A DNA stretch of 64,000 nt from Candidatus Eiseniibacteriota bacterium (GCA_963703225.1 OY969801.1:96001-160000); one strand, 5' to 3'; positions 1 through 11,070 are shown, counted from the first letter of the stretch. Notes: a model not told the origin generated them from the sequence alone. Made by a program: numbers and translations.

Positions 1-512
1 CGATGGGCATGATGCCCGGCGGAGAGGGGGCGGAGGAGCAGCAGGGGAATAGCGGCAGACTCCGCGAGGGATCGGGGGACGCGCTCGGGCGCATGGCGGC
101 CGAACAGGAGGCGATCCGGCGCGGCCTGGAAGAGGCGCAGCAAAAGTTGGGGCAGAGCGGCGGGACCCTCGGTCAATTGGGCGACGTCGGCGACGAGATG
201 AAGAAGGTGGAGCAGGACCTGCGCTCGGGGCGGCTGAGCCAGGAGACGCTCGACCGCCAGCAGAAGATCTTGAGCCGGCTTCTCGACGCCCCGCGGAGCG
301 TGGAGAAGCGGGACTATTCCAGGCGGCGTATCTCCCGCCCCGGAGTGGACGTGGTGCGGTCGTCGCCGGGCGCCCTTTCGGGCGACCTGCTCAAGTCACG
401 CCCCTCGCTGCCCGCACTCCTCTCGCGGGGAAGCCGCGATCCGATCTCGCCGCGCTACCGCGCAACCGTGGACGAGTACTTCCAGTCGATTTTGGAGGGG
501 AAGGCCCGATGA
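1..512 (+). CDS. C-terminal part of a DUF4175-like coiled-coil protein (5' end outside window)
   Basis: Gln/Glu-rich coiled coil ending 'ETLDRQQKILSRLLDA.RSVEKRDY...YRATVDEYF'. Stop overlaps the next start (ATGA). Confidence 0.65.
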   Translation, partial: MGMMPGGEGAEEQQGNSGRLREGSGDALGRMAAEQEAIRRGLEEAQQKLGQSGGTLGQLGDVGDEMKKVEQDLRSGRLSQETLDRQQKILSRLLDAPRSVEKRDYSRRRISRPGVDVVRSSPGALSGDLLKSRPSLPALLSRGSRDPISPRYRATVDEYFQSILEGKAR

Positions 513-1234
513 CGCGGATCCGGCTCATCTGCCTCGCCGCCCTCGCGGCGTGGGGCGTGAGCGCGCCGGGAGGGCCTGAGCTTGCGGCGGCCCAGGCGGC
601 GGCGCCCGAACCAGGCGCGACCGAGGTCTACCGCGCGATCATCCGGGCCTCGGCGGCCCGCTCCCCCAGCGACACGCTGGGCAACGGCATGTACGAGGCT
701 TCCAGGGAAGCTTTCTACGCGGGCGACTTTGACGTCGCGACGGCCCGCGCGCAGGAGTTCATCAACTCCTCCACGCGCAACCTGAACATGAACGACGCGC
801 TGGAGATGGTGCTTCTGATTCGGGAGTTCAGGGATTTTCAGGACCAGCCGCTCAAGGGCTATGCGAAGGTGCTCGAGCTGCGGGGAGCGGCCAGGCCCGA
901 CTCGGCGGTGACGCTCGCCAAGTCGACCCTCGAGCGGTGGCCCGGTGCGCGGGTGCGCTGCCACCTCCAGTACCAGCTCGCGGAGCTGGCCGCGGAGCGC
1001 GGGGACCACGCCGCGGCCGTCACCCATGGGCTCGCGGTCGCCGACACATCGTCCAAGAGCCGCCTCGCGCCCGCGGCGCTCAAGCTCGCGGGAGACGAAT
1101 CGATCGGGTTGGGGCAGGGCTCGGACCGGGCGCTCAAGATCTATCAGGAGCTACTCGAGCGCTACCCCGATTCCCCGCTCGCTCCGACCGTCCGAGCACA
1201 GGTGCTCGAGATGAGAAAGAAGCTCCAGCTGTGA
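509..1234 (+). CDS. Exported TPR (BamD/YfiO-like) protein
   Basis: N-terminal signal peptide and helical repeats, e.g. 'ALKIYQELLERYPDSPLAP'. Confidence 0.7.
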   Translation: MTRIRLICLAALAAWGVSAPGGPELAAAQAAAPEPGATEVYRAIIRASAARSPSDTLGNGMYEASREAFYAGDFDVATARAQEFINSSTRNLNMNDALEMVLLIREFRDFQDQPLKGYAKVLELRGAARPDSAVTLAKSTLERWPGARVRCHLQYQLAELAAERGDHAAAVTHGLAVADTSSKSRLAPAALKLAGDESIGLGQGSDRALKIYQELLERYPDSPLAPTVRAQVLEMRKKLQL

Positions 1235-2499
1235 GGCGCCGCACGGCTGGAGCGCTCGCGGCCGTGCTCTGCCTGCTCGCGCTTCTGCCCGGCGCCGCGT
1301 CGGCGCGGATTCTGGTGCCGATGGACGGCACCCAGGCGGATCACCTCCGCGCGTACGGGCTGGTCTACTGGGTGCTGGAGCGGGGGCTCCACGGCGAGTG
1401 GCTCCTCAACTATCGGGGCGGGTCCTTCCTCCTGCCCGACGACGCGGCGGTCGGCGGAGAGGCCGCGATCCGGGGCGTGTCGATCCAATCGATCGACGAG
1501 GCGTCCGTCGCGCGGATCATGGCGGAGATCGCCGACAACAACATGGAGGTGGTGAAGCTCGAGACCGCGCCTAGGGTGGCGGTCTATGTGCCGCCCAGCG
1601 CGCCACCCTGGGACGACGCCGTGCAGCTGGCGCTCGACTACGCCCAGATCCCCTACACCAAGCTCTGGGACGCGGAGGTGCTCGACGGGAAGCTGGCCGA
1701 GTACGACTGGCTTCATCTTCATCACGAGGACTTCACGGGTCAGTACGGCAAATTCTTCGCGGCCTTCGCGGCGACCGACTGGTACCGGCGGCAGGTGGCG
1801 GAGAACGAGGCGCTCGCCCGGCGTTACGGCTTCTCCAAGGTGTCGGAGCTGAAGAAGGCGGTGGCCCGCGCCATCAAGCTCTACGTGGCGCAGGGCGGCT
1901 TCCTCTTCGCGATGTGCTCCGCGACAGACACGTTCGACATCGCGCTCGCGGCCGAACGGGTCGACATCGTGGGGACGGAGTACGACTACGATCCGGCCGA
2001 CCCCAACGCCGACGCCAAGCTCGATTTCTCAAAGACGCTCGCCTTCAAGGATTTCGAGCTGGAGATGAACCCACTCGTCTACGAATTCTCCAACATCGAC
2101 ACGACCAACCGGGCGTCGCTCCGCGGACAGCGGAACGACTACTTCACGCTCTTCGACTTCTCGGCGAAGCAGGATCCGGTCCCCTCGATGCTCGTCCAGG
2201 ACCACGTCGCCAACGTCCCCGGCTTCATGGGACAGACGACCGGGTTCGACAAGAAGCTCCTCAAGCCCGGCGTGACCGTGCTCGCGGAGACGCCGGGCGC
2301 GGACGACGCCAAGTACATCCATGGCCATTTCGGCAAGGGGACCTTTACGTTTTATGGCGGCCACGATCCCGAGGATTACCAGCACGCGGTGGGCGACCCG
2401 CCCACCGACCTAGCCCTCCACAAGCACTCGCCGGGGTACCGGCTGATCCTTAACAACGTCCTCTTCCCCGCGGCGGAGAAGAAGGAAAAGAAGACGTAG
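1231..2499 (+). CDS. Conserved exported protein of the Bacteroidota-type 'asparagine synthetase B' family (class I GATase-like; function unproven)
   Basis: GTG at 1231 overlaps the upstream TGA. Signal peptide. Motifs 'WLLNYRGGSF', 'DWLHLHHEDFTGQYGKF', 'FAMCSATD' and 'GGHDPEDY'. Confidence 0.7.
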   Translation: MRRRTAGALAAVLCLLALLPGAASARILVPMDGTQADHLRAYGLVYWVLERGLHGEWLLNYRGGSFLLPDDAAVGGEAAIRGVSIQSIDEASVARIMAEIADNNMEVVKLETAPRVAVYVPPSAPPWDDAVQLALDYAQIPYTKLWDAEVLDGKLAEYDWLHLHHEDFTGQYGKFFAAFAATDWYRRQVAENEALARRYGFSKVSELKKAVARAIKLYVAQGGFLFAMCSATDTFDIALAAERVDIVGTEYDYDPADPNADAKLDFSKTLAFKDFELEMNPLVYEFSNIDTTNRASLRGQRNDYFTLFDFSAKQDPVPSMLVQDHVANVPGFMGQTTGFDKKLLKPGVTVLAETPGADDAKYIHGHFGKGTFTFYGGHDPEDYQHAVGDPPTDLALHKHSPGYRLILNNVLFPAAEKKEKKT

Positions 2500-2598
2500 C
2501 GTTACGCGCGGCGCGCCTCGCGGGCGCGCCACCCCGCGCCCCCTGCCCCCTACTCCCGCCTTGAGCCGGCGCCCGCCCCCGAGTAGACTCTCCCGGCT

Positions 2599-3252
2599 AT
2601 GACGACACTCGCGGACGTTTGGCGGCCAGGCTTCGCGCGCTCCCACGCCGTCTCGGGCGGTGCGCGCGCCGCCTCGCTGGACCCGCGTGTGACCACGCAT
2701 GACCCCCGCGCCGCCTCGCTCGTGTTCGACTTCGCGCTCGTGCTCGCCGGCAGCGCGCTCATCGCGTTGTCGGCCCGCGTCGCCATCCCGCTTCCATTCT
2801 CACCGGTCCCGATCACGGGGCAGACGTTTGCCGTCCTCTTGGTCGGCGCGGCGCTCGGGCGCTGGCGCGGCGCCGCGGCCGTGGTCGCGTATCTCACCGA
2901 GGGCGCGGCGGGGCTTCCGGTGTTTGCCGGGACGCATTCCGGGCCGGCCGCTCTGCTCGGGCCGACGGGCGGATATCTATTCGGATTCGTCCCCGCGGCA
3001 TGGCTCTGCGGATTCCTCGCCGAGCGCGGGTGGGATCGGAGCATCGTCGGCACGACCGCCGCGATGGTCCTCGGAAATATCGTTATCTTCGCCATCGCGC
3101 TTCCGTGGCTCGCCCGCTACGTCGGCGCCGCCAACGTCTGGGCGCTTGGATTCTGGCCATTCATTCCGGGCGATATCGTCAAGATCGGCCTCGCCGCCGC
3201 GGCGCTGCCGCTCGCCTGGAAGTGGGTCGGCTCGCGGGGAGCAGAACCGTGA
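2599..3252 (+). CDS. bioY: Biotin transporter BioY
   Basis: 'PFSPVPITGQTFAVLL', 'GLPVFA', 'GPTGGYLFGF' and 'PFIPGDIVK' are BioY signatures. Confidence 0.92.
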   Translation: MTTLADVWRPGFARSHAVSGGARAASLDPRVTTHDPRAASLVFDFALVLAGSALIALSARVAIPLPFSPVPITGQTFAVLLVGAALGRWRGAAAVVAYLTEGAAGLPVFAGTHSGPAALLGPTGGYLFGFVPAAWLCGFLAERGWDRSIVGTTAAMVLGNIVIFAIALPWLARYVGAANVWALGFWPFIPGDIVKIGLAAAALPLAWKWVGSRGAEP

Positions 3253-3286
3253 AACGGCGCGCGGCCGTGATGCAGGGGTGCAGGCC

Positions 3287-4258
3287 ATGACGATGTATGA
3301 CCCCGCCAAGGACTACGCGACGGCGGTGCTGGTTACCGGCGCGACCGGCTGCATCGGGAGAGCGGTCTGCCGCGAGCTGGTGACCCACGGCTACCGCGTG
3401 CTGGGCCTGGTGCAAACCCCCGAGGCGAGGGAGCGTCTCACGTACGGAGCGGTCGCGGTCCTGGGTGATATTCGCAATCCGGCGCCCTGGGAGTCGGCGA
3501 TCGACCGCGCCGACTTCGTGGTGCATCTCGCCGTGCCGACCCATATTGGCGGCGGGAAGAAGGAACGCGAGGACGCCGAGCGCGACGCGGACGAGCTCGC
3601 CGCGATCCTCGACCGGCTCTGCCATTACGTCCATCGGAACAAGAAGCGCTTGGTCCACACGTTCGGCGCGCTGCTCTACGAGCCCGATGCCGACGGCTGG
3701 GTGCGCGAGACGTGTCCCGTCTCCTCGGGCCGCGGCTTCGGAATCCGCCACCGCAAGGGCTACCCCGTGCTCGCCCGGCATCGCAAGAAGGGGCTCCGCG
3801 CGATGAGCGTCAATCCGGCGTTCGTCTACGGCCCCGGCGGCTGGTTCGAAGGGCTGCTCGAGCGGATGAGCCGTGGGCAGTCGTCGTACATCGGCGACGG
3901 AACCCAGACCATGCACTACGTCGCGTCGAGCGATGCCGCGGTGGCCTATCGCCTCGCCATCGAGCGCGGCCTGGATGGAGACGATTTCCTGCTCGCCGAT
4001 GACCGGCCCTCGACGCTGGGCGAGTTCACCCGCCTCCTCGCGCGGGAATTGGGTGCGCCCGCGCCGGTCTCGGTTCCCGAGGAGGATCTCATTCCAGTCA
4101 TGGGGGCGTGGACGGTGGAGGCGTACACCTTCTGCCCGAAAGTTGATTCCGCGAGGGCCCGGGAGCAGCTCGGCTGGGCTCCCCGGTTTGGCACCATCGA
4201 GCAGGGCCTCCCCATCGTCATTCGGGAGTGGCGTCAGGCGCGGGTCACGGCCGCGTAA
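3287..4258 (+). CDS. NAD-dependent epimerase/dehydratase (atypical SDR)
   Basis: 'VLVTGATGCIG' Rossmann motif, 'PAFVYGPG' and 'ARAREQLGWAP'. Start set at ATG 3287 rather than 2699. Confidence 0.85.
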   Translation: MTMYDPAKDYATAVLVTGATGCIGRAVCRELVTHGYRVLGLVQTPEARERLTYGAVAVLGDIRNPAPWESAIDRADFVVHLAVPTHIGGGKKEREDAERDADELAAILDRLCHYVHRNKKRLVHTFGALLYEPDADGWVRETCPVSSGRGFGIRHRKGYPVLARHRKKGLRAMSVNPAFVYGPGGWFEGLLERMSRGQSSYIGDGTQTMHYVASSDAAVAYRLAIERGLDGDDFLLADDRPSTLGEFTRLLARELGAPAPVSVPEEDLIPVMGAWTVEAYTFCPKVDSARAREQLGWAPRFGTIEQGLPIVIREWRQARVTAA

Positions 4259-4279
4259 GCGGCGGCACTGCGAGGTTCC

Positions 4280-5467
4280 ATGGATCGTCCGCCGAGCGAC
4301 TCGGGTCAGCCGGAATTCTCGCTCGTCCGGGGCGGTCCCTGGTACCAGATACAGATGGCGCTCCGGCTTCTGAACCCCAAGTCACTCCGAGTCGTATCCC
4401 GCGCGATCTTCTACGCTCTCCTGGCTTGGCTCCCACTGGCGATCCTCTCCCTTCTGGACGGTACGGCGTTCGGTCTCCCGGGGCGGGTTTCGTTCGTCGA
4501 AGACTTCGCCATCCACGCGCGTCTCCTGATCGCGCTTCCCATCCTGGTCATCGCCGAAGCCACCACCGATCGCTGGACCAGGACCATCGTCTCGCATCTA
4601 TCGACCTCGGGGATCGTGGTGGCAGAGGGAAGGGCCGGATTCGAGCAGGCCGTCCGAAGCTCCGCACGCCTTCGCGATTCATGGGTCGTGGAGCTGTTCA
4701 TTATCGGCCTCGCCATCCTGGGCGGGTGGACCCGTGTGATCCATGGCGTACGGGATTTCGGAGTTTGGTTTGAAGGCGCGGCGATCGGCGGCCACGCTCT
4801 CTCCCCGGCGGGATGGTGGCTCGGCCTTGTCGCCACGCCGCTCTTCGTCTCGATCTTTATTCGATCCCTGTGGAGGTTCGCGATCTGGAGCCGTTTCCTT
4901 TGGCTCTTATCGCGCACACCGCTCGACCTGAGGGGCGCGCATCCAGATCGAATGGGAGGGCTTGGGACGATCCAGATCGCACAGCGGGCATTTGCGCCGA
5001 CATTCGTCGCGATCGGCGTCCTCTGCTCCGCCGCGATCGCGAACCGTGTGATTCACCTCGGCGCATCGCTCCTCGGATTCAAGATGGTCATCGCGAGCCT
5101 CCTGGTCATCGCCGCGTGCGTCTATCTCGCGCCGTTGCTTGCATTCATCCCACGGCTCACGATCTGCAAGCGACAGGGCTTGCTCGACTATGACCGGTTG
5201 GGAGCCGAATACGTGCGCCGCTTCGGCCGGAAATGGATCGATCCCGAGGCTCCGTCGACGGAGCCGCTGCTCGGCACCAGCGACATTCAATCGCTCGCAG
5301 ATATCGGCGGGGCGTTCTTGCGGGTGGAGGAGATGAAGGTTATCCCCATGGACGTGAAGACCGCGATGGTCCCGATTCTCTCGGTCGGCCTTCCGATCCT
5401 GCCGTTGGCGTTGACGGTCATGCCGCTCGGAGACCTGCTCAAGCTCCTGATGAAGGCGGTGCTCTAG
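4280..5467 (+). CDS. Conserved hypothetical polytopic membrane protein
   Basis: About 8 hydrophobic segments. Motifs 'HPDRMGGLG' and 'LLGTSDIQSLADI'. Confidence 0.75.
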   Translation: MDRPPSDSGQPEFSLVRGGPWYQIQMALRLLNPKSLRVVSRAIFYALLAWLPLAILSLLDGTAFGLPGRVSFVEDFAIHARLLIALPILVIAEATTDRWTRTIVSHLSTSGIVVAEGRAGFEQAVRSSARLRDSWVVELFIIGLAILGGWTRVIHGVRDFGVWFEGAAIGGHALSPAGWWLGLVATPLFVSIFIRSLWRFAIWSRFLWLLSRTPLDLRGAHPDRMGGLGTIQIAQRAFAPTFVAIGVLCSAAIANRVIHLGASLLGFKMVIASLLVIAACVYLAPLLAFIPRLTICKRQGLLDYDRLGAEYVRRFGRKWIDPEAPSTEPLLGTSDIQSLADIGGAFLRVEEMKVIPMDVKTAMVPILSVGLPILPLALTVMPLGDLLKLLMKAVL

Positions 5468-5495
5468 CTGCATCGATTCGCGAAGGGAGAATGGA

Positions 5496-6869
5496 ATGTC
5501 GCTCAGGGTTCTCGTTGCGACGCTGCTGCTCCTCGGAACAGCGGCGGGGTCTGCGTCCGCGCAGGACACCAACTACTGGACCAATAAGTACGGAACGAGA
5601 TCCATCCTCCTGAACGGCGCGGTGATCGGGGGCCCGGTCGATATCAGCACGATGTACTACAACCCCGGTGGACTGGCCATGCTCAAGGATCCAGGAGTCG
5701 CGCTCGCCGTGAAGGCGTTCGAGTTCGCGAATATCTCGCTCCCCGACGCCGGAGGGAAGGGGTTCGACCTCGACGATCCGCGTTCCTCGGTCCTACCGAC
5801 CTTCGTCGGCGGCCTGCTCTCGTTGCGAATTCTTGGAAGCGACGCGGTCGCCTACTCCCTCTTCCCGAGACAGGGGCTTCGGACGAACATCACCGGACGG
5901 AGCGCGGGTCAGAGCGATGTGCTTCCATCGCCGGGGGTGGAGGACCACTTCGTGGAGGCGCGGCTGGAGCAGGACTTGGATGAGACCTGGGTGGGCATGA
6001 CCTGGTCCAAGAAGGTCGGGGAGCGCGTGGGGATCGGATTGAGCCCCTACGTCGCCGTGCGAAACCAGCGGACCCGCGTGCAAGTGATCGCGCAGGCCCT
6101 GGGAAGCGACAGCCTCGGGGCCGTGAGCAGCTCGGTGCGCGGTTTTCAGTATTACAACTATCGGCTCTTGGCCAAGGCTGGGATCTCCTTTGAATTCGAG
6201 AAGACCAACATCGGCTTCACGGTCACCACGCCCGGTGTGAAGCTCATGGGCAGCGGCGAAGCGGGGATCGACCGGCTCCGGATCGGTCAGGACGTGACCG
6301 GGGACGCGTTGGTCGACAATATCTACGCCGTCTCCCTCCAGCAGGACCTTCCGAGCGAATGGAAATCGCCCACTTCGATCGGCGCAGGGGCGACGGTGCC
6401 CTTGGGACAAAACACCCTCTATCTGAGCGGCGAGTGGTTTGACAAGGTCGACCCGTTCAACGTCCTCGATGTCGCGCCCGTGATCGACGAGGTCTCGGGC
6501 CAGCCGGTCCCGTTCCAGGTCGTCCAGCAGGCCAAGAGCGTCACGAATGGCGGGATCGGTCTCGAGCACCGCTTCGGCCCCAAGTTCACCGGCTATGCTT
6601 CGTTCTCCACCGACTACTCGACCGCCGTCCAGGGCAAGACCGACACGGCGTTCTCAACCTGGGACATCTACCTCGTCACAGCCGGCACGACCTTCCTGGT
6701 TGGCAAGTCCGAATTCACGGTCGGGGCCGGATACGCGTTCGGCAATAATGAGGCGGTGTTGCCTGCCTCCCTGACCTCCGGCACCGTGTCCAACGACATC
6801 GGCGCCCCGCCGACGCTGGGTACTGTCCACTATTCGAGCTTCCACCTGATCTTCGGCTTCTCGATATAG
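5496..6869 (+). CDS. FadL/OmpP1-like outer-membrane beta-barrel
   Basis: Signal peptide, 'STMYYNPGGLA' (FadL hatch NPA-like motif), alternating beta strands and an aromatic C-terminal strand 'FHLIFGFSI'. Confidence 0.7.
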   Translation: MSLRVLVATLLLLGTAAGSASAQDTNYWTNKYGTRSILLNGAVIGGPVDISTMYYNPGGLAMLKDPGVALAVKAFEFANISLPDAGGKGFDLDDPRSSVLPTFVGGLLSLRILGSDAVAYSLFPRQGLRTNITGRSAGQSDVLPSPGVEDHFVEARLEQDLDETWVGMTWSKKVGERVGIGLSPYVAVRNQRTRVQVIAQALGSDSLGAVSSSVRGFQYYNYRLLAKAGISFEFEKTNIGFTVTTPGVKLMGSGEAGIDRLRIGQDVTGDALVDNIYAVSLQQDLPSEWKSPTSIGAGATVPLGQNTLYLSGEWFDKVDPFNVLDVAPVIDEVSGQPVPFQVVQQAKSVTNGGIGLEHRFGPKFTGYASFSTDYSTAVQGKTDTAFSTWDIYLVTAGTTFLVGKSEFTVGAGYAFGNNEAVLPASLTSGTVSNDIGAPPTLGTVHYSSFHLIFGFSI

Positions 6870-6891
6870 ACTTGGTAGGGCAGGAGGGGTC

Positions 6892-9229
6892 ATGAAAAGG
6901 GGCACGCGTCCCGACCCCCCTGGCCGGCGCTTGGTTTTCGCCGCCATCGCGGTGGCCGCGGTGATCGTCCTCGGGGCTCTCGTGCTATGGCGCCGTGCGC
7001 CACGGAACGGCGATGGGGTCGTGGCGCCATCGGCGGACTACGTCGGCAGCGCGGTCTGCGCCACCTGCCACGCCGCCGAATCCGAGCGATGGGCCGGCTC
7101 CCACCACCAGCGCGCGATGCTCCTCCCCACCGAGGAGAACGTCCTCGCCGACTTCCAAAACACGGTCTTTGCCCGCCGGGGCGTCACGACCCGGTTCTCC
7201 CGAAAAGGACCGCTCTTCATGGTGGCCACCGAAGGGCCCGACGGGAAGGAGACCGAGTACGCCGTGAAGTACGTGATCGGCGTCGACCCCGTGCAGCAGT
7301 ACATCGTGGAATTTCCGGTTGGCAAGCTCCAGTGCGTCACCGTCGCATGGGACGTCCGCGCCCGGCGCTGGTACTCCCTCTACCCGGATCAACGGATCGC
7401 CCTCGACGATCCGCTTCACTGGACGGGGCGCTATCAGAACTGGAACCTCATGTGCGGCGACTGCCACACCACCAAATTCCAGAAGGGATACGAAGCCGCC
7501 GCGGACAGCTACCGGACCACGTGGTCCGAGTTCGACGTTGGATGCGAGGCGTGCCATGGCCCAGGCGGCGCCCACGTGGCGTGGGCTAAGAGGCACGGAA
7601 GGGGCGCGCGCTCAAGACCGAGTCGCTACGGAAGCGCAGCCGCGTCGGACGTAAAGCTCCTCGTGGATCTCAAGTCGGCCGGCGGGCGGACGGAAGTCGA
7701 AACATGCGCCCCCTGCCACGTCCGTGGCCACCGCCTCGGCGCGCCGCGCTCGCCCGGGGGTCCGCTCCTCGATGCGATCGTGCCCGAGGTGATGCGCGCA
7801 CCGCTCTATCACCCCGACGGCCAGATGCTGGACGAGGTCTACGAGTACGGCTCCTTTCGCCAGAGCAAGATGTACCAGCGTGGCGTCCGATGCTCCGACT
7901 GCCACGATCCTCACTCCGGTCAAACCAAGGCGGAGGGGAACGCGCTCTGTCTGGCGTGCCACGGCGAGCGGCCGAACCCCGCGTTTCCGACGCTCGCTGG
8001 CGAAGGCGTACGACGCGCCAACCCACCATTTTCACAAGATGGGAACCAAGGCGGCCCAGTGCGTCGCCTGCCACATGACGACCCGGAACTACATGGTGGT
8101 CGATGAGCGGCACGATCACTTCTTCCGCGTCCCGCGGCCGGACGAGAGCGCGCGGTGGGGGACCCCCAACGCCTGCAACGCCTGCCACGTCGACAAGTCC
8201 TCCGCGTGGGCGGCGGCCGCCGTCGAGCGCTGGTACGGCCCGGGCCGCCGGACCGATTCCCGCTTCGTCGAGGCGATCGCGGCGGGACGCGCGGTGGAGT
8301 CGGGTTCCGAGGCCAAGCTCCGCGCGGTCGCCTCGGACAGCGGGCGGACCGCCATGGCGCGGGCCACCGCGCTCGATCTTCTCCGCGAAGCGGGCTCCGA
8401 GACCGGTGGGATCCTGGCCGCGGGAATGAACGATCCCGACCCGATCGTGCGGGCGACCGCGGTGGCCGGGCTCGACGCGCTCCCCGCCAACCGGCGAATC
8501 GCGCTCGCGGCACCGCTCCTGAGAGATCCGATCCGGGCGGTGCGGGTGCAGGCGGCTCGGGTGCTCGCCCCGGCTCCCACGAGCCTCCTCACCAGCGCTC
8601 AGCGCCACGAGCTGGATGCCGCGATCGCCGAGTACCGCCAGGGTCTCCTCGCCATGGCCGACATGCCGTCGACCCATCTGAACTTGGCCGTGCTGGAGTC
8701 CGACCTGGGACGGACCGATCTGGCCGAGCGGGAGTACCGGAAGGCGCTCTCGATGGACCCCTATTTTCTCCCCGCGCGACAGAATCTGGCGACGCTTTAC
8801 AACCAAATGGGACGGAACGCCGACGCGGAGGGAGAGCTTCGCGAGGGGATCCGCCAGGTACCAGATCAAGGAGAGCTTCACTACTCGTTGGGCCTTCTCC
8901 TGGCCGAGCAGGGAAAATACGCCGCCGCCGCGCAATCGCTTCGGGAAGCCGCTCGGCTCCTCCCCCATCGCGCCCGGGTGAGGTACAACCTGGGACTGAC
9001 GCTGCAGCGACTGGGGCGGACGGCCGAGGCGGAGCGGGCGCTCCTCGACGCTTCGCTTATCGATCCCCAGGATCCGAACAACGCGTTTGCCCTCGCCGCA
9101 TTCTACGCCGGCGAGCGGCGGTGGAAGGACGCGCTCCCTTACGCGGAGCGCTTCGCCACGCTCAGCCCACGAGATGAGCGGGCGCTAGGCTTGTTGTCGC
9201 GGATCCGCGAGGCGCTCGAGGGGAAATAG
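6892..9229 (+). CDS. Membrane-anchored octaheme c-type cytochrome with HEAT and TPR repeats (one +1 frameshift near 7995-8000)
   Basis: Six CxxCH motifs in ORF 6892-8106 (CATCH, CGDCH, CEACH, CAPCH, CSDCH, CLACH). Two more in ORF 7880-9229 (CVACH, CNACH), followed by HEAT and TPR repeats. Confidence 0.85.
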
Positions 9230-9328
9230 AGGTGCCCGCCCCGCAGAACCCATACTAGAACAACCCGCAATGAGACCGGCATGAGAACGTCGCCCTCCGA
9301 GCCCGTAGCCCTGTGGTATTCTCCGCCC

Positions 9329-10981
9329 GTGCGATCGCTGAAGGCTTTTCTCCCCGCCATCGCGTTCATCGTACTTTGTACGTCGGCGGCCTCGAACGTC
9401 GCGCTCGGCCAACTCCCACCGAGCGCGGCCGCGCCGGATTCCGCTACTCAGCAGGGATTCCCGGTAGTTCTCGACGGCCGCGAAATCTTCCGCGTCCAGG
9501 CCGGGATCAAGGCGCACGACGCCGATGCGCGCGCGCAGGCGACGTCCGAGCGTCTCCTCAGGCTCGCCAAGGACCGCTTCGCTCAGGTCGACTCGATCAC
9601 GGTCACCGACACCGACATCAGCGCCGACGTCGTCCTGGGCGAGCGAGTCCTATTCTCGGTCTTCGACGTGGACGCGGCCGCGGCGAATCGCGACCGGATG
9701 GGATTGGCCCAGGAGCGCGCCGCGGCTGCCCGGTCCGCGATCGAGGCGTTCCGCGTCCGGTACGCCGCCAAGACCCTCTTCATGGGCGTTGTTTGGGCCC
9801 TGGTTGCCACGATCGCGTTCCTTGCCTTTCTCGCCCTGCTTTCCAGGCTGCTCCGCGCGGCGATATCGGCCGTCGACGGCTGGGTCGACCGGAAACAAGA
9901 TCGCATCCGCGAGAAATCGAAGGCTATGTTGCCGCCCGACCAGGTGCGGACCGGGCTCCGAGGGCTCGCCCGCCTCACGCGTTTGCTGCTGGCACTGGTG
10001 GCCCTCTACGTGTACGTCGAGGTTGTGCTGGGGCTTTTTCCCTGGACGCAGCGCCTCGCGGGACATCTGCTGGGCGTCCTGCTCAACCCGCTCCGGGCAA
10101 TCGGCCTGGGGATATGGGGCCACCTGCCGGGCCTCATCTTCATCGCGGTCCTCGCATTTTTGATGCGCTACGTCCTCAAGTTCGCGAAATTCGTATTCGA
10201 CGAAATCAATTCCGGCCGGATCAAGATCTCCGGCTTCTACCCAGACTGGGCGAAGCCGACCTACAACATAGTCCGGATCCTGCTCCTCTTGTTCACGGTG
10301 ATCGTCGCCTACCCCTACATCCCGGGATCGGACACGGAGGCGTTCAAGGGGGTCTCGCTCTTCCTGGGGGTCCTGGTCTCCTTGGGCTCGACCTCCGCAG
10401 TGGCGAACATCGTGGCCGGGATCATCCTGACCTACATGCGCGCGTTCCGGGTGGGGGACATCATCGAGGTCGGCGAGCAGCGAGGCATCGTCACGGAAAT
10501 GTCCCTCCTCGCCACCCACGTCCGCACGCCGAAGAACGTTCTGGTGACGATCCCCAACGCCACGGTTCTCAGCTCCCACGTGACGAACTTCAGCACGCAC
10601 GCCAAGGATCGTGGGTTGATCCTGAACACCACGGTTGGAATCGGATACGACGTGCCGTGGCGCCAGGTTCACGCCATGCTGTTGAACGCCGCCGCCCAGA
10701 CCAAGGGGGTGCTCCAAGAGCCCGCCCCCTTTGTCCTCCAGCGGTCGCTCGACGACATGTGCGTCCGGTACGAGCTCAACGCCTACACCGAGAAGGCGGA
10801 GACCATGCTCCGCGTCTACTCCGACCTCCACAAGCGCGTCCTCGACGCGTTCAACGAGTACGGCGTCCAGATCATGACTCCGAGCTACGAGGGAGATCGC
10901 GAAGTTCCGGCGGTGGTGCCCAAGGAGAAGTGGTACGCGCCACCCGCCAAGCGGCCGGGCGAGGCGGGGGCCGACGAGTAA
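9329..10981 (+). CDS. MscS-family mechanosensitive channel with N-terminal periplasmic extension
   Basis: 'SLGSTSAVANIVAGIIL...AFRVGDIIEV', 'VTIPN' and 'GIGYDVPWRQVH'. GTG 9329 gives a clean signal peptide. Confidence 0.88.
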   Translation: MRSLKAFLPAIAFIVLCTSAASNVALGQLPPSAAAPDSATQQGFPVVLDGREIFRVQAGIKAHDADARAQATSERLLRLAKDRFAQVDSITVTDTDISADVVLGERVLFSVFDVDAAAANRDRMGLAQERAAAARSAIEAFRVRYAAKTLFMGVVWALVATIAFLAFLALLSRLLRAAISAVDGWVDRKQDRIREKSKAMLPPDQVRTGLRGLARLTRLLLALVALYVYVEVVLGLFPWTQRLAGHLLGVLLNPLRAIGLGIWGHLPGLIFIAVLAFLMRYVLKFAKFVFDEINSGRIKISGFYPDWAKPTYNIVRILLLLFTVIVAYPYIPGSDTEAFKGVSLFLGVLVSLGSTSAVANIVAGIILTYMRAFRVGDIIEVGEQRGIVTEMSLLATHVRTPKNVLVTIPNATVLSSHVTNFSTHAKDRGLILNTTVGIGYDVPWRQVHAMLLNAAAQTKGVLQEPAPFVLQRSLDDMCVRYELNAYTEKAETMLRVYSDLHKRVLDAFNEYGVQIMTPSYEGDREVPAVVPKEKWYAPPAKRPGEAGADE

Positions 10982-10991
10982 CCAGAAAACG

Positions 10992-11013
10992 CGATCGCTG
11001 CGCAAAGCGATCG
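10992..11013. terminator. Hairpin between convergent genes
   Basis: CGATCGCT-6 nt-AGCGATCG perfect stem, with an A-run just 5' of it (U-tract on the minus strand). Confidence 0.45.
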
Positions 11014-11070
11014 GCGCGGCCAGCCCGGACTCCCGGGTTAACCGCGCCGATTCGATTTCGGACGGCTCGG

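Noticed and set aside
1231..2499. True asparagine synthetase activity
   Set aside because: The protein has a signal peptide and lacks the N-terminal Cys Ntn domain and the SGGLDS motif. The family label is probably a misnomer.
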